Source: Wickerhamiella versatilis (lineage: Eukaryota). Taken from it: 64,000 nucleotides of DNA. Below are positions 1 through 11,070 of the stretch, piece by piece. The stretch's first letter is position 1, and each line of letters opens with the position of its first letter. The stretch spans positions 310,001-374,000 of the forward strand of contig JAQOWU010000008.1 of the NCBI GenBank assembly GCA_030867685.1, written 5' to 3'. Below the pieces are notes generated by a model. The model did no database searches and was not told the DNA's origin. It saw nothing but the letters and a program-made list of their open reading frames with translations. A program made the translations under genes and the position numbers.

Positions 1-6
1 GGCAAG

Positions 7-1515
7 ATGTTCGCCGCCTTATTTGCCTGGGTTGCGCTAGTTAATGCGGGTGCTGTCCAGTTTGACCTTAAGCGTGATTCGGCGAGCCCACTCCAGAAAC
101 GATTGGCGCATAGTTTAGCACGGAGGGCAGCCGGAGAACCAGCCGCTCCGGGAAGTATATTTGCCAAGCGGGATTCTGACAATACTGACGACGTTGCACT
201 TGTTAATGAAAAATCGTATTATAGTACTGACATTTTGGTAGGTACTCCGGGCCAGAATATAACAGTTTTGATAGATACGGGCTCGAGCGACCTTTGGGTT
301 ATGTCGTCAAGCAACCCCTACTGCTCGTCTGGCTTGGCTCAGGATAAAAGCTGCGGTGATAACTTGATTTTTGACCAATCTAAATCTAGCACCTTTAGTG
401 CTAATGAGAGTGACCCATTCGAGATTCAGTACGGGGATGGAACGTACGCAAATGGAACGTACGCCCAGGATGTGGTGGTCGTTGGAAGCATCAATATCAC
501 GAACGCAAACTTCGCTTTAGCATCGGAGGCTAACTCTTCAAGTGTGGTTTGGGGAATTGGACTACGTGGCACGGAGGCCGAGGCCGACACGTTGAGCGGT
601 GGCAGTTTGACTCCTTCATATTCTAACCTACCAATACAAATGAAGGAGCAAGGTTATATTGATTCTGTAGCATACAGCCTTTGGCTGGATCGTATTAGCG
701 AATCCTCAGGGTCTCTTTTGTTTGGAGGTGTTGATCACAGTAAATACACGGGCTCGTTGCAAGTGATCCCGATGCTTAAGACGGTTAGCGCTCTTAATAG
801 TCCATCACGTTTCGAGGTAGTTCTCGATAGTATTGGATACTATGACTCTAACGGCAAGTCTTCAACCGTTGTTGACAGTAGTTTACCAGTACTGCTTGAT
901 TCGGGCACCACTATGATGATGCTCCCAGCGAATATATTGAGTCCTCTAATGGACTCCATTGGAGCCCGATATGATCACTCAGAAGGAGTATATGTAATCG
1001 AATGTGATGCTAGTGGCGGCCTGACGTTTGATTTTAGTGGAGCGGTAATTGCCGCATCTATTGAAGACATAACCATTCCTATTGGAGGCGTAGGCGGAAA
1101 AGATTACTGTCTTGTTGGGATTTATCCAACATCTGGCGACTATATTCTAGGTGACACTTTCTTGCGCAGTGCATACGTGGTTTTTGATCTTGAAAATTAT
1201 GAAGTTGGCATCGCGAATGCCTCGCGAACTACATCAAAATCGGAGAATGTTGAAGCAATCTCCTCTGGTATTCCCTCAGCTTCAAGGGCATCGGGGTACT
1301 CGAATACTGCTGTTGCATCAGGTGTCTCCGTGGCCGGTGGTGGCGGCACTGCTGTTGGAGGCCAAGGCGGTGATCCCACAGCTTCCCTAAGCTCATTATT
1401 ATTGGGAAGTGGTACTATGGAGGGTTCGTCAGGGGCCTCTAGTGATGGTGGAAACTCAATTACAGGATCTGGATGGTCCTTGACGCTAGCAGGCTGCATT
1501 CTATTTCTTATTTAG
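7..1515 (+). CDS. YPS: Yapsin-like GPI-anchored aspartyl protease (pepsin A1 family)
   Basis: Signal peptide, KR propeptide sites, both catalytic motifs DTGSSDLW and LLDSGTT, ILGDTFLR, Ser/Gly-rich stalk and hydrophobic C-terminus. Confidence 0.9.
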   Translation: MFAALFAWVALVNAGAVQFDLKRDSASPLQKRLAHSLARRAAGEPAAPGSIFAKRDSDNTDDVALVNEKSYYSTDILVGTPGQNITVLIDTGSSDLWVMSSSNPYCSSGLAQDKSCGDNLIFDQSKSSTFSANESDPFEIQYGDGTYANGTYAQDVVVVGSINITNANFALASEANSSSVVWGIGLRGTEAEADTLSGGSLTPSYSNLPIQMKEQGYIDSVAYSLWLDRISESSGSLLFGGVDHSKYTGSLQVIPMLKTVSALNSPSRFEVVLDSIGYYDSNGKSSTVVDSSLPVLLDSGTTMMMLPANILSPLMDSIGARYDHSEGVYVIECDASGGLTFDFSGAVIAASIEDITIPIGGVGGKDYCLVGIYPTSGDYILGDTFLRSAYVVFDLENYEVGIANASRTTSKSENVEAISSGIPSASRASGYSNTAVASGVSVAGGGGTAVGGQGGDPTASLSSLLLGSGTMEGSSGASSDGGNSITGSGWSLTLAGCILFLI

Positions 1516-1555
1516 TGTCATTGTGTACATTTTGTCAATAGTACTCAGTATTAAC

Positions 1556-3052
1556 CTATTCAATAAATAAGCGAGAGTTCAATTCCCGGTAAAGCTCATA
1601 ATCATGACTAGTTTTTAGTGCATACCCAGATCGTTGTGCAGCACGCCTGGCTACGTCGCTCCAAAGCAGGGCCTCATCGTGAGAACGAGAGGTTTCTCGA
1701 TAATGGCCATTTCGGTATTGTGTTGCAGCTAAAATAGCATCAAACCTAGCAACAGGCAAGCCACAGGCCTCCTCCAAGTATCTCAAAACTGAGGCTAAGG
1801 CCAGAAAATTCTGTGAGGCTGTCAACGCTTTGACGACCCAAACGGCAATACCTCGCTCCAGCACGGGGCACTCCTTTACCGTGACCTCAAGTAGGCGCCG
1901 GATATCGGGGAAAAATGGATCAGTCTCGAGCTTCCTATGGTTTCGCAAAAGAACATAAACAAGCCGCCACACTAAAACCAAGCTTTGCGAGTCTAAAAGT
2001 TTAGGATGGGTGATGAGGTGATTCATAAATCGTAATAAGGTGGAATATCTCCGCCGACTGAATAAATATTGTATCAGAATCTGAACAATGCGACCTTGTT
2101 GCAACTGCCATAGAGGAGCATGGCTAGCCACCCAGTCCATCAGCTTTACATTTCTTGTGCGAGAAGCGTAGCGAAGTATTAGTTGATATCGCCTCAAACT
2201 TGCACGGGTTAGCTTTTTGGCGCTTTCTACTTTTCCTTCGCACAAAAGCGAAGCAACGTGTTCATTCGGCGTGCAAGCGAGTTCAGATCTAGGGGCTGAG
2301 CGTGCCAATACCCGAGGAAACACAGATGTAGTTACTATGGTTGGGTCACGGCTAAGGGCCATAGCCAACTGAAGCGGCGAGCTTTGAAAAGAAAGCATCA
2401 ATCTATTAACCAATCGTTGCGGTAACGTTTCTCTCAAGAGCTCGAGGCGACCGACTATCAGAGACACTTGAGGCCAGCAATGAAAGCGCACGAGTGCATC
2501 CAGAACCGGCATCCAAACTTGTTTGGTTTTAGGCTTTAAACGCTCGATAAGCAAACTTGTCCAATATTCAAGACGTGGGGAGTCTGGAATCCGACTGTAT
2601 CCAACAACGAACCAGCCACACATGTTCAACGAAGGTGAAGATACTGCTTTGGCAAGTTGTTCTGCTTTCGGGAGCCTCAGTGCATAGCAAAAGCAATATA
2701 TGCCTAATTGATTCCATTTAGCACTGTTCTCAATGCGATTACGCGATTTCCAGAGTTGAATCGCTTCGTTTACACGTCCAACCTGCATCAAAGCACGAAT
2801 GTAGTGCGATTCCAAATGAAGGGGGAGCCTCAGACCTTGTTCAAACATCAGTGATCCCAGTAATGCCCGTTGTTTTGGTCTTTTTGCAAGTCGAAATAAA
2901 TTAACAAGCTCCTTCTCCGGATGTCTAGCATCCAACCTAGTTGGAAGTTTACATATAGATTTCCACAAATCATCAGAAACTTCCCAATTATCACTAAGTC
3001 TTCGTCGATTAGCCATAACCTGGACCAACGTCCTTAATTTTTGGGTTGTCAT
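1556..3052 (-). CDS. Uncharacterised basic helical-repeat (PPR-like) protein, possibly mitochondrial
   Basis: 498-aa ORF filling the gap; segments such as YIRALMQVGRVNEAIQLWK resemble PPR repeats; family not recognised with certainty. Confidence 0.5.
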   Translation of the reverse strand: MTTQKLRTLVQVMANRRRLSDNWEVSDDLWKSICKLPTRLDARHPEKELVNLFRLAKRPKQRALLGSLMFEQGLRLPLHLESHYIRALMQVGRVNEAIQLWKSRNRIENSAKWNQLGIYCFCYALRLPKAEQLAKAVSSPSLNMCGWFVVGYSRIPDSPRLEYWTSLLIERLKPKTKQVWMPVLDALVRFHCWPQVSLIVGRLELLRETLPQRLVNRLMLSFQSSPLQLAMALSRDPTIVTTSVFPRVLARSAPRSELACTPNEHVASLLCEGKVESAKKLTRASLRRYQLILRYASRTRNVKLMDWVASHAPLWQLQQGRIVQILIQYLFSRRRYSTLLRFMNHLITHPKLLDSQSLVLVWRLVYVLLRNHRKLETDPFFPDIRRLLEVTVKECPVLERGIAVWVVKALTASQNFLALASVLRYLEEACGLPVARFDAILAATQYRNGHYRETSRSHDEALLWSDVARRAAQRSGYALKTSHDYELYRELNSRLFIE

Positions 3053-3091
3053 GGTTTTCTTATTGAATATTACTCAGCATAATATTCAATA

Positions 3092-4138
3092 ATGGCGAAG
3101 GACAGTATCAAGTTGCTGTGTCTTGGAAATCCCCTGCTGGACATCCAGGCCAACACGACACCGGAATACTTGGAAAAATATGGGTTGAAACCCAATGACG
3201 CTATACTTACTGATGAGAAGCACATGTCTATTTTCCCAGAGGCTCTCGCAACTGATGGCGTGGTCCTTATAGCAGGAGGAGCGGCACAAAATGCTGCACG
3301 TGGTGCGGCATATATGCTAGCACCTGAGACGGTCGCTTATGTTGGTAGTGTTGGCCGCGATGTATACAGTGAAAAACTTCTTCAGGCTAATGAAAAAGCG
3401 GGTGTTTTGACATATTACATGTTCCAAGATGACATTCCCACTGGTAAGTGTGCCGCATTGATAACTGGGAAAAATCGTTCTTTGTGCACAGATCTGGCAG
3501 CAGCAAATCATTACAAACTTGAACATTTGAAGCAAAATTGGGATTTGGTGGAACAGGCGAAAGTCTTCTATGTTGGTGGTTTCCACTTTACAGTGAGCCC
3601 TCCAGCTATACGAGAACTGGGATCCCATGCTGCCAAGAATGACAAAATATTTGCTGTAAACCTCAGTGCTCCGTTTATTCCTCTAGCTTTCAAGGACGCG
3701 TTGGATTCTACGGAGCAATACTGGGACTATTTAATTGGAAATGAGAGTGAAGCCTCCGCGTATGCAGAAGCACATGATCTTCCAACACGTGATATTGCAG
3801 AGATAGCCAAGCATATCGCAGCTCTTCCTAAGGCGAATTTGAACCGTCCACGCACGGTTGTGCTGACCCAAGGATTGGATCCCACGGTAGTGGCTATTGG
3901 TGATGCTAAGGGAGGTAACGTCACAGTCCAAGAGTTCCCAGTTCATCTGTTGGATCAGAATCTTGTCAAGGACACAAATGGTGCGGGTGATGCTTTCGCC
4001 GGTGGCTTTGTGGCAGGTTTGGTAGAGAATTCGGATCTTGCAAAGTGTATTGACATGGGACAATGGCTCGCGAAGGAGTCACTGCAGTTAGTCGGTCCAT
4101 CATTCCCGACGGATGGCAGGAAGTACATCAGCAAATAA
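3092..4138 (+). CDS. ADO1: Adenosine kinase
   Basis: LGNPLLDI, GGAAQN, TGKCAALIT and the PfkB signature DTNGAGDAFAGGF. Confidence 0.96.
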   Translation: MAKDSIKLLCLGNPLLDIQANTTPEYLEKYGLKPNDAILTDEKHMSIFPEALATDGVVLIAGGAAQNAARGAAYMLAPETVAYVGSVGRDVYSEKLLQANEKAGVLTYYMFQDDIPTGKCAALITGKNRSLCTDLAAANHYKLEHLKQNWDLVEQAKVFYVGGFHFTVSPPAIRELGSHAAKNDKIFAVNLSAPFIPLAFKDALDSTEQYWDYLIGNESEASAYAEAHDLPTRDIAEIAKHIAALPKANLNRPRTVVLTQGLDPTVVAIGDAKGGNVTVQEFPVHLLDQNLVKDTNGAGDAFAGGFVAGLVENSDLAKCIDMGQWLAKESLQLVGPSFPTDGRKYISK

Positions 4139-4687
4139 GTGTATTAAGAACGCGTGATGTGAAGACTAGTTATACTCACGATTGAGGAGCCTCAACGCTT
4201 TTCTACCGTAAAAATAATCAAGTATGTATTAGAAAATTTTTATCTCAGGGAGTTTTTCATCGATCTGTTATAGTGTGAAGTTTCGCGTGAAGACGGTTAG
4301 TTCATGATTACGCAACAGAGAAAATAATGTGAATCCTAAACAACATGTATAATTTGACATATGGTAACGGTGAAACGTGCTGTGTCAAACTATTGAAAAT
4401 TTACATTACCAACCAGTTATTCCAAACCTCAGAAACTGGTTAGACAATGCAGGATAGCCCACTAATAGATTTAATTAACTTTTGTATTAATTACTATGTG
4501 AGCAGACTCGTCGTATACAATAGCTTTTAGTGGATTACATTGACTATTTTTACCACTATCCCTACTTAACGTCAGAAAAAAAATTTTAGATTCTTAAAAA
4601 ATTATAGTAAATCGTTGAGTTTGTGTGAGCTTCGATACCAAGAAAACATAGCTGATCTTCAATGACTTGGTGTGACTTCTCAATACA

Positions 4688-5377
4688 CTAAGGAGACTCA
4701 CTCTCAATAGGCGCAGCTGGATCAAGTCCAAACTGCTTCATTCTGATGGCTATATCAAAGAGGTATTCAAGTGATTCATTAATGATCTTGGCCTTCCATA
4801 TGGTCGACCCCCAAGTGAAGAGCCCATGTCGCCTCACTAAAACCGCAGGAGCAGCTGGATAATCATTGAGGGTAGCTACCAATGACGGTTCTAATTCTTC
4901 CTCGTGCGCAGTGTTATCAATTATAGGTATATGAAGCGTATCAAAGAAACTCAGATTTCCTTCCATGTAGCCTTTCGGGATAGCTTTGATTTGCTCAATA
5001 TTTGCAATCTTGAATTCCTTCCCATATAACAAAGTAATCATAACTGCGTTGGCGGAATGTGTGTGTATACATGCTCCCACATCACGATGTCGGAAAGTCG
5101 TAAAGAAAAGTGGGGTACAGGCAGACAATTTGAATAACGGAGGGCTATAGATATATTTTTTGTCTTCCGAATCGTAAATGAATATATCCTCAGGTCGCAT
5201 CCGCTCTTTTTGTACACCGCTGGGGGTGAAATAAATCAACTTGCCATCTCTCAGGCTAGCTCCACCTCCAGTGCCAATACATCCACCTAGATGATAAAGT
5301 ATGAGACATATTTCTACCAGGATCTTGGCAGGGTCCGTCTCATCTGATACATAGTGCGCATTCGTGTCAGAGCCCAT
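4688..5377 (-). CDS. MDE1: Methylthioribulose-1-phosphate dehydratase (methionine salvage)
   Basis: GTGGG, PSGVQKERM, SACTPLF, ACIHTHS, VLVRRHG (class II aldolase/MtnB). Confidence 0.93.
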   Translation of the reverse strand: MGSDTNAHYVSDETDPAKILVEICLILYHLGGCIGTGGGASLRDGKLIYFTPSGVQKERMRPEDIFIYDSEDKKYIYSPPLFKLSACTPLFFTTFRHRDVGACIHTHSANAVMITLLYGKEFKIANIEQIKAIPKGYMEGNLSFFDTLHIPIIDNTAHEEELEPSLVATLNDYPAAPAVLVRRHGLFTWGSTIWKAKIINESLEYLFDIAIRMKQFGLDPAAPIESESP

Positions 5378-5630
5378 ATAGACTGATTAAGCCGCAACTC
5401 CACGCGACCAATATATATTATCTGATTACAATAAAGTATCAGAGATTTCGCGACCACACATAAAATATTCGCTTCTTTGATGATAATTCTGTCTCTCCAC
5501 ATAGTCGTCTACTACATATGACTATTGCTAACGGAATAGTTAACAAAGAGGAAGCTAATTAGCTAGCACGACTAAATAGGGGCGTAGTGATTTTATATTC
5601 GACAATATTTTATTTTAAGGCTCGATACGA

Positions 5631-6098
5631 TTATTTGCCCTTGCGAACAACGCCGTTAACACCACCACGACGGCCAGTACTGTTTGTGTGCTGACCACGC
5701 ACACGGTAACCCCAGTAGTGTCGGAGACCACGGTGCAAACGCATACGCTTCATACGCTCAATGTCATCACGAAGCTTGGTATCAAGCTGGTTAACAAGCA
5801 AATGCTGATCCTTACCATCGGTGGTGTCGCGTTGCCTATTAAGGAACCATCCAGGGATTTTGAAGTCACCAGGGCTCTGCACGATGGTGATAATGCGCTC
5901 AAGTTCTTCGACAGTAAGCTCACCGGCACGCTTCGCCATGTCGACATCGGCCTTCTTGCAGACCAAGTTGGCGTAACGAGGGCCAATACCACGAATAGTG
6001 GTGAGAGCATACATAATCTTAATGTTACCGTCGACGTTAGTCGACAGAAGACGCAGAATGTGCTGGAAGTTCCCCTTTTCCGTGACCACCAAACTCAT
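5631..6098 (-). CDS. RPS18: 40S ribosomal protein S18 (uS13), intronless
   Basis: [38 protein letters not shown]; strong codon bias. Confidence 0.97.
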   Translation of the reverse strand: MSLVVTEKGNFQHILRLLSTNVDGNIKIMYALTTIRGIGPRYANLVCKKADVDMAKRAGELTVEELERIITIVQSPGDFKIPGWFLNRQRDTTDGKDQHLLVNQLDTKLRDDIERMKRMRLHRGLRHYWGYRVRGQHTNSTGRRGGVNGVVRKGK

Positions 6099-6221
6099 TG
6101 TTCAATGTAATCACTAATGCCCACTGCCAGAATGAGAGTGCGTCAAGATGCTGACAACATCAAATCCGAGGCCCTATACCCTATATTACATCACATCATT
6201 ATATAATAAAGAAATGGTAAT

Positions 6222-6626
6222 ATGAAGGTGCTGGGCACTGAGGGTCTACTGTGCAATATAGAAATTTTGGATCACTTACAAGAAAGTAAGGCCTCAAATA
6301 GTTTCACTAATCTGCAGACTATCGTTGTCGAGATACAGGCTTATCTCCGTGAGCGCCCTGCTGGTAATCCAGAGGCACCACAATCTTTGGACAATGTCGC
6401 TGCTTTTGTGCGCGAGTTGTCTAATCACAAGCTATTTCTAGAAAAAGCTGAAATTATACAAATTGTGAATTCAGCTCCGACAAGCATGCCTGTCTTGTTC
6501 TGTCTGATAGAGGAGGCAGACATACGTTTCGACGAGAGCCAGCTTGAGACTATATTATCGCTGAGCGAAAGATACTTGGGTTTTGAACCTCTACCCGGTG
6601 CAGAGCAAGACACAGGTTTAGATTAA
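6222..6626 (+). CDS. RPC17: RNA polymerase III subunit C17 (Rpb4-like)
   Basis: MKVL...LLCNIEILDHL, LEKAEIIQIVNSAP, LIEEADIRF. Confidence 0.8.
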   Translation: MKVLGTEGLLCNIEILDHLQESKASNSFTNLQTIVVEIQAYLRERPAGNPEAPQSLDNVAAFVRELSNHKLFLEKAEIIQIVNSAPTSMPVLFCLIEEADIRFDESQLETILSLSERYLGFEPLPGAEQDTGLD

Positions 6627-6663
6627 TGATTGAAGATAAGGGCTTAAGTATGCATATATCTAA

Positions 6664-8346
6664 CTATCCCATCATTGGCATTCCACCAGGCATACCACCA
6701 GGCATACCACCAGGCATACCACCAGGCATTCCACCAGGCATACCACCGGGCATACCTCCACCATCTTTTCTTCGCGCGCTCACAATATCGTCTACACGCA
6801 AGAGCAGGGTAGCGCTCTCGATTGCCGTTTTAATGGTTTGCAATTTGACAGTCTCAGGCTCCCATACTCCGAATTCCTTCATATCGACAATCTCACCACT
6901 TGTACCATCAATACCCGCAGTGGTATTACCTTCTGCATGTTTTGCACGCAAGCTGGTTACGGTACGAAGTATGTTACCCCCTGCGTTTTGAATAAGGGTT
7001 CGTGGGATTACTTCAAGACTATCAGCGACCGCACGATATGGCCATTGCTGTACGCCTTCGACTTCTTTGGCTTTAGCCGAAAGTCTAACACTTACTTCCA
7101 TCTCTGTAGCTCCACCACCAGGCGCAAGCTGTGGTTCCAAACACACATTTCGGGTAACTGCTAGAGCATCTTGAAGATTACGCTCGATCTCATTGAGAAT
7201 ATCTTTCGACGCACCACGCAACAGCACCGTACATGCACCACCAGTCTCAAAGTCTGTCAAAAATGAGTAGTATTCATCGCCAATAAGCTCAACTTTGAAC
7301 TCTCCCGGATTTGTTCCAATGTCACTTTCTTTGATGTCATCTATTCGATTCACAATAGTTGCACCTGTCACACGGGCTATGCGATTGTTGTCTGATTTTC
7401 GGACACGACGCAATACCGTAGCTCCAGCTTTCAGCAAGTAGTGTTGTGCCAAATCAGAAACACCCTTTTCTGTGATAATCAAATCAGGACGGAACTTTTC
7501 TATAGTTTGGCAAATAGCTTTTACCTGCTCCTCTTCGATTTGAAGAACACGGGACCATTCATCTTCACGCGTTATCTCAATATTTGTTTGCGATTCTCCT
7601 TTTTTGTATTCAAGTGGACAGTCCAAAAGCAATACCCGAGGATTTGAAATCTGACGTCGCATACGAGGATGCGTGATGTCCTTATTGAGAATGACTCCTT
7701 TGATCACACGACTCTCCTCAATATCATCACCTGGAATTTTTTCGATACGGACGTAATGCTTCAAATCAATATCGAGAGCCTGAGTTACTGGATCACGGCG
7801 AATAACAGTTCGAACTGCGTCAAGAGCAAGTTTTGTCATGAGGTTAGACCATCTTGAGACGTATTTAGTACCTATTGAGGCTCCAATGATTTTAAGCATC
7901 TGCTCATCATTTTCAGGATCAACAGGCTTTGACAGCTCATGAACCACATCAAGTGCATCCTTGAGTGCTCTCTTGAGCGCCTGTATGATTATCACCGGAT
8001 GTGTGCCACGTTCCAAATAAGGAAAAGCTTGCGCCAAGACCTCACCTGCCAGAATAATAACCGACGTAGTGCCATCACCCACTTCTTCATCCTGAGATCT
8101 GGAGAGCTCTATCATGGATTTTGCCGCAGGGTGAGTGACTTCAATCTCCCTTAGAATTGCATGACCGTCATTTGTGAGAACGATACCACCGAGAGGATCA
8201 AGTAACATCTTGAGCATAGCTTTGGGGCCCAGGCATGTACGTACAATATCAGCAACGGCTTTTGCTGCTGTGATATTGGAGACTTGTGCCTTTCTCCCCG
8301 TCTCACGCTCCTTGCCAGTGTTCAATACTACCACAGGGGCCTGCAT
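6664..8346 (-). CDS. CCT3: Chaperonin CCT/TRiC gamma subunit with C-terminal (GGMP)x7 tail
   Basis: MQAPVVVLNT, GRKAQVSNITAAKAVAD, GDGTTSV, LEYKKGESQTNIEI. Confidence 0.97.
   Translation of the reverse strand: MQAPVVVLNTGKERETGRKAQVSNITAAKAVADIVRTCLGPKAMLKMLLDPLGGIVLTNDGHAILREIEVTHPAAKSMIELSRSQDEEVGDGTTSVIILAGEVLAQAFPYLERGTHPVIIIQALKRALKDALDVVHELSKPVDPENDEQMLKIIGASIGTKYVSRWSNLMTKLALDAVRTVIRRDPVTQALDIDLKHYVRIEKIPGDDIEESRVIKGVILNKDITHPRMRRQISNPRVLLLDCPLEYKKGESQTNIEITREDEWSRVLQIEEEQVKAICQTIEKFRPDLIITEKGVSDLAQHYLLKAGATVLRRVRKSDNNRIARVTGATIVNRIDDIKESDIGTNPGEFKVELIGDEYYSFLTDFETGGACTVLLRGASKDILNEIERNLQDALAVTRNVCLEPQLAPGGGATEMEVSVRLSAKAKEVEGVQQWPYRAVADSLEVIPRTLIQNAGGNILRTVTSLRAKHAEGNTTAGIDGTSGEIVDMKEFGVWEPETVKLQTIKTAIESATLLLRVDDIVSARRKDGGGMPGGMPGGMPGGMPGGMPGGMPGGMPMMG
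6676..6759 (-). repeat. 12-bp coding tandem repeat x7 (GGMP)
   Basis: Seven units of about AGGCATACCACC on the + strand, differing only at synonymous positions. Confidence 0.95.
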
Positions 8347-8832
8347 GAGTGCTTATGTAACACACACAGCTACTAGAATATTAGTGCTGTCTGGAAGGAG
8401 TGATTTAACGTCTTGCTCCAAGATAGTGTGCATTTTAGTATTATAAACGTATACAAGTGCTGCCTGTTCTTTGAGGTTATTTTGTTTTCGCCTGCTTTGG
8501 CTTGTTACTCATTAATGGATATCTTATAAGAGTGCTACTAAAATAGCACAATTAGAACCAGCGTATAGACACACTACGATGGTGTTCGATGGGTTCAGGC
8601 TACTACTGCTAGTAGTGAGAAAGCATCATTAAAAACAAAAAAAACATATTAGAATTTTTCACAATTCGTGCTATTATTTAACCAAAGAGGAAGTTGGTAG
8701 CTCATTATGGTCCACAGCTTTAGGATATATAATTGCACCTTGGTGGTTTTATCCTTTCTTGCAACTTGACTTACTTTTTTTACTGACAAGCATGCCTAAC
8801 TAAGACGCCTAACCCGTGCCCTTTAAGTAAGG

Positions 8833-9981
8833 ATGCCAACTAGTGCGGCGTTTAGCCCCGCACATGCGCCTTTGCAAACATCGCCTTCATTGTCAGAAAC
8901 ACCTATAGTCATCGCTAGTGCATTGAGCCGGGCGTATCCTCTAATTGCTGCAGTCGATACTGTTCTTGGATTGATCACATGGCAGTCAGATGATACATGG
9001 CAGTCAGTATTATTGGTATTATTGTGGGTGCTTTTCGTCGAGAAATTTGAGATTGTAGCTATATATATGCTACCAATAATCATTGCACTGTTTATATCGG
9101 CCTTTTCAGCTTGGAGCATAACTTTGCGGCCGCCATCGCTTGATATCGTAGTTCGGCGTCTGGATTCAGCTGCATACAGATGGAAAGTAGCAACAGATCC
9201 TATAACTTCGCTAAATTTTGACACGAGCGATGTTATGCGGCTGTTAGCAACATCTATTCTGACGTCGCCCATAACTATTGTCATTTGTTATGTTTTTTTA
9301 ACCCCCACCCGCGTCATACTATATGGAGGTATCGTGCTATTCACATGGCATTCTCTTGGATTTCGTGTTGCTAGATCAGTACTGTGGAAAATACGAGCTA
9401 CTCATTTTCTGGTCTTTTTCCTCACGGGATATGATGCGGATAATGAATCCCAAGAACATCGGAGAGATAATTTATCAGACAAAGAAACGCAAACAGTAAC
9501 AGAAAACATAGCGAGACCGTCAAAATCTGACGTTCGATATACCTTCGTACTCTACGAGAACCAACGACGATGGCTTGGAATTGGATGGACAGCAAATATG
9601 CTTAGCTACGAGCGTTCTGCATGGACAGACGAGCTTTTGAATGAAGCAAATGAGCCTGACCAATTTGAGCTTCCCGATTCGGAGGGGACAGGCATGTCAT
9701 GGAGCTGGTCTGATCCTGCATGGCTGTTAGATTTAACTAACGGCGGAATTCTTTCCCATGACAAGCGGGCTTCGACAAAGGATCCTGGCCCAGAAGATGG
9801 ATATGTATATTATGATTCGGTTTGGAAAGTTCCATCACCAGAAGATGGGTGGTTCAAATACACGCGACGGCGAAGATGGCTTCGCACTGCCGTACTAGAA
9901 CCCACAACATCTAGTGATCAAGATAGCGCTTTTGGCCAAGATGATCATACGATCACAGGTCTAAGAAGGCGAAAGCCATAG
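8833..9981 (+). CDS. PEX30: Pex23/Pex30-family ER-peroxisome membrane protein (reticulon-like plus dysferlin domain)
   Basis: TM region followed by YENQRRWLGIGWT and KYTRRRRWLR; paralog identity (PEX30/31/23) uncertain. Confidence 0.8.
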   Translation: MPTSAAFSPAHAPLQTSPSLSETPIVIASALSRAYPLIAAVDTVLGLITWQSDDTWQSVLLVLLWVLFVEKFEIVAIYMLPIIIALFISAFSAWSITLRPPSLDIVVRRLDSAAYRWKVATDPITSLNFDTSDVMRLLATSILTSPITIVICYVFLTPTRVILYGGIVLFTWHSLGFRVARSVLWKIRATHFLVFFLTGYDADNESQEHRRDNLSDKETQTVTENIARPSKSDVRYTFVLYENQRRWLGIGWTANMLSYERSAWTDELLNEANEPDQFELPDSEGTGMSWSWSDPAWLLDLTNGGILSHDKRASTKDPGPEDGYVYYDSVWKVPSPEDGWFKYTRRRRWLRTAVLEPTTSSDQDSAFGQDDHTITGLRRRKP

Positions 9982-10003
9982 ATGAATTCTAATGTTTAAT
10001 ATC

Positions 10004-11070
10004 TTATAGTGCTAAAATTCCGGCAGCAGCTAGTACTATGGAAATTGGAAACTCTAATTTGCCAGCCCAATTGGCGGATTGCGGATTGCTGCCGGTCACG
10101 TCGCCAGAACCAGAACCAGTACCAAACGACGGCGTAGAGTTTCCACTGGGGAGAGGGTGCATGGACAGTCTGTAATAGTGAGTGTTGTGGCCTCAGATAC
10201 AGCGTATGTCTGCGAATTGAATATCAGAGTAGTAGGTGAAGCAAAAAAAGTAGTTAAACTCGAGACTACTATTGGACTCGCGCCTCCGGACTTGTGAGAG
10301 AATGTCACTGTTGCATTACTATTAACGGATATTTTTGGAGAGCTTGTTATTGTACATGGACAATCAGTGATAGTCAAGGTTGTAGGGTCAGTAATAGTAT
10401 AGGTACTACTACCTTGAATGAAAGTGGTTGGAAAAGGGAAATAAGAAGTGTAAGACCTAACTACATCAATAGTCGCTTGTAGTGCATTGCTACTTTTCCT
10501 GAGTACTGTCTCCCCAGTCCCACCAGCGGTGGGACCACCCTCAGTATTTGATGCGCTAACATTACTATGACTATCACCATTTGTAGAATTGAGAGAGGAG
10601 CTGGCAGATACTGTCTCATTTCCGCTACCATTCGGATTGGAACTACCAGTGGCCTTGGGTTGACACTGGATAGCTCACTTGAACTGTCTGCGACATCAGT
10701 AGTAGCACTATCATAATCTGATGGGGATAGTGATGTACCGTTTCCTTCTATGCGGGTTAGAGTGCAAGGACAATCTGTAATAGTAATTGTCGAGGGCTTA
10801 GTGACAATAGTGGTCTGGGAGCCCCATATCAATGTAATTAGTGAAGGACAATATGTAGTGTAAGTTTTTTGCGTGACAATCGTGGTGGAAATGGAGCCTG
10901 ATTTACCTTCCGTTCCATTACTTGTCGTGGCGGCTGTCGTAATGAAATCTCCGGAGGGGCCAAGGGGAAGCGTGTTCGAATTAGGGGTGAGCTTTTGGTG
11001 TATGGATTGGTGACGAGGAGTTTGTCAGAGCCGAAGAGATCCCAAGAATGAAAATATAATTGAAATGCAT
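10004..11070 (-). pseudogene. Frameshifted Sed1/Ccw12-like GPI cell-wall protein gene with three TITDCPCT repeats
   Basis: Signal-like start [16 protein letters not shown] at 11070; Ser/Thr-rich body with three TTYCP...TITDCPCT-type units split across frames (shifts near 11000, 10655 and 10150); GPI-signal-like end. Confidence 0.75.

Noticed and set aside
6626-6991. 121-aa ORF with (PPGI)n
   Set aside because: Antisense reading of the CCT3 GGMP repeat
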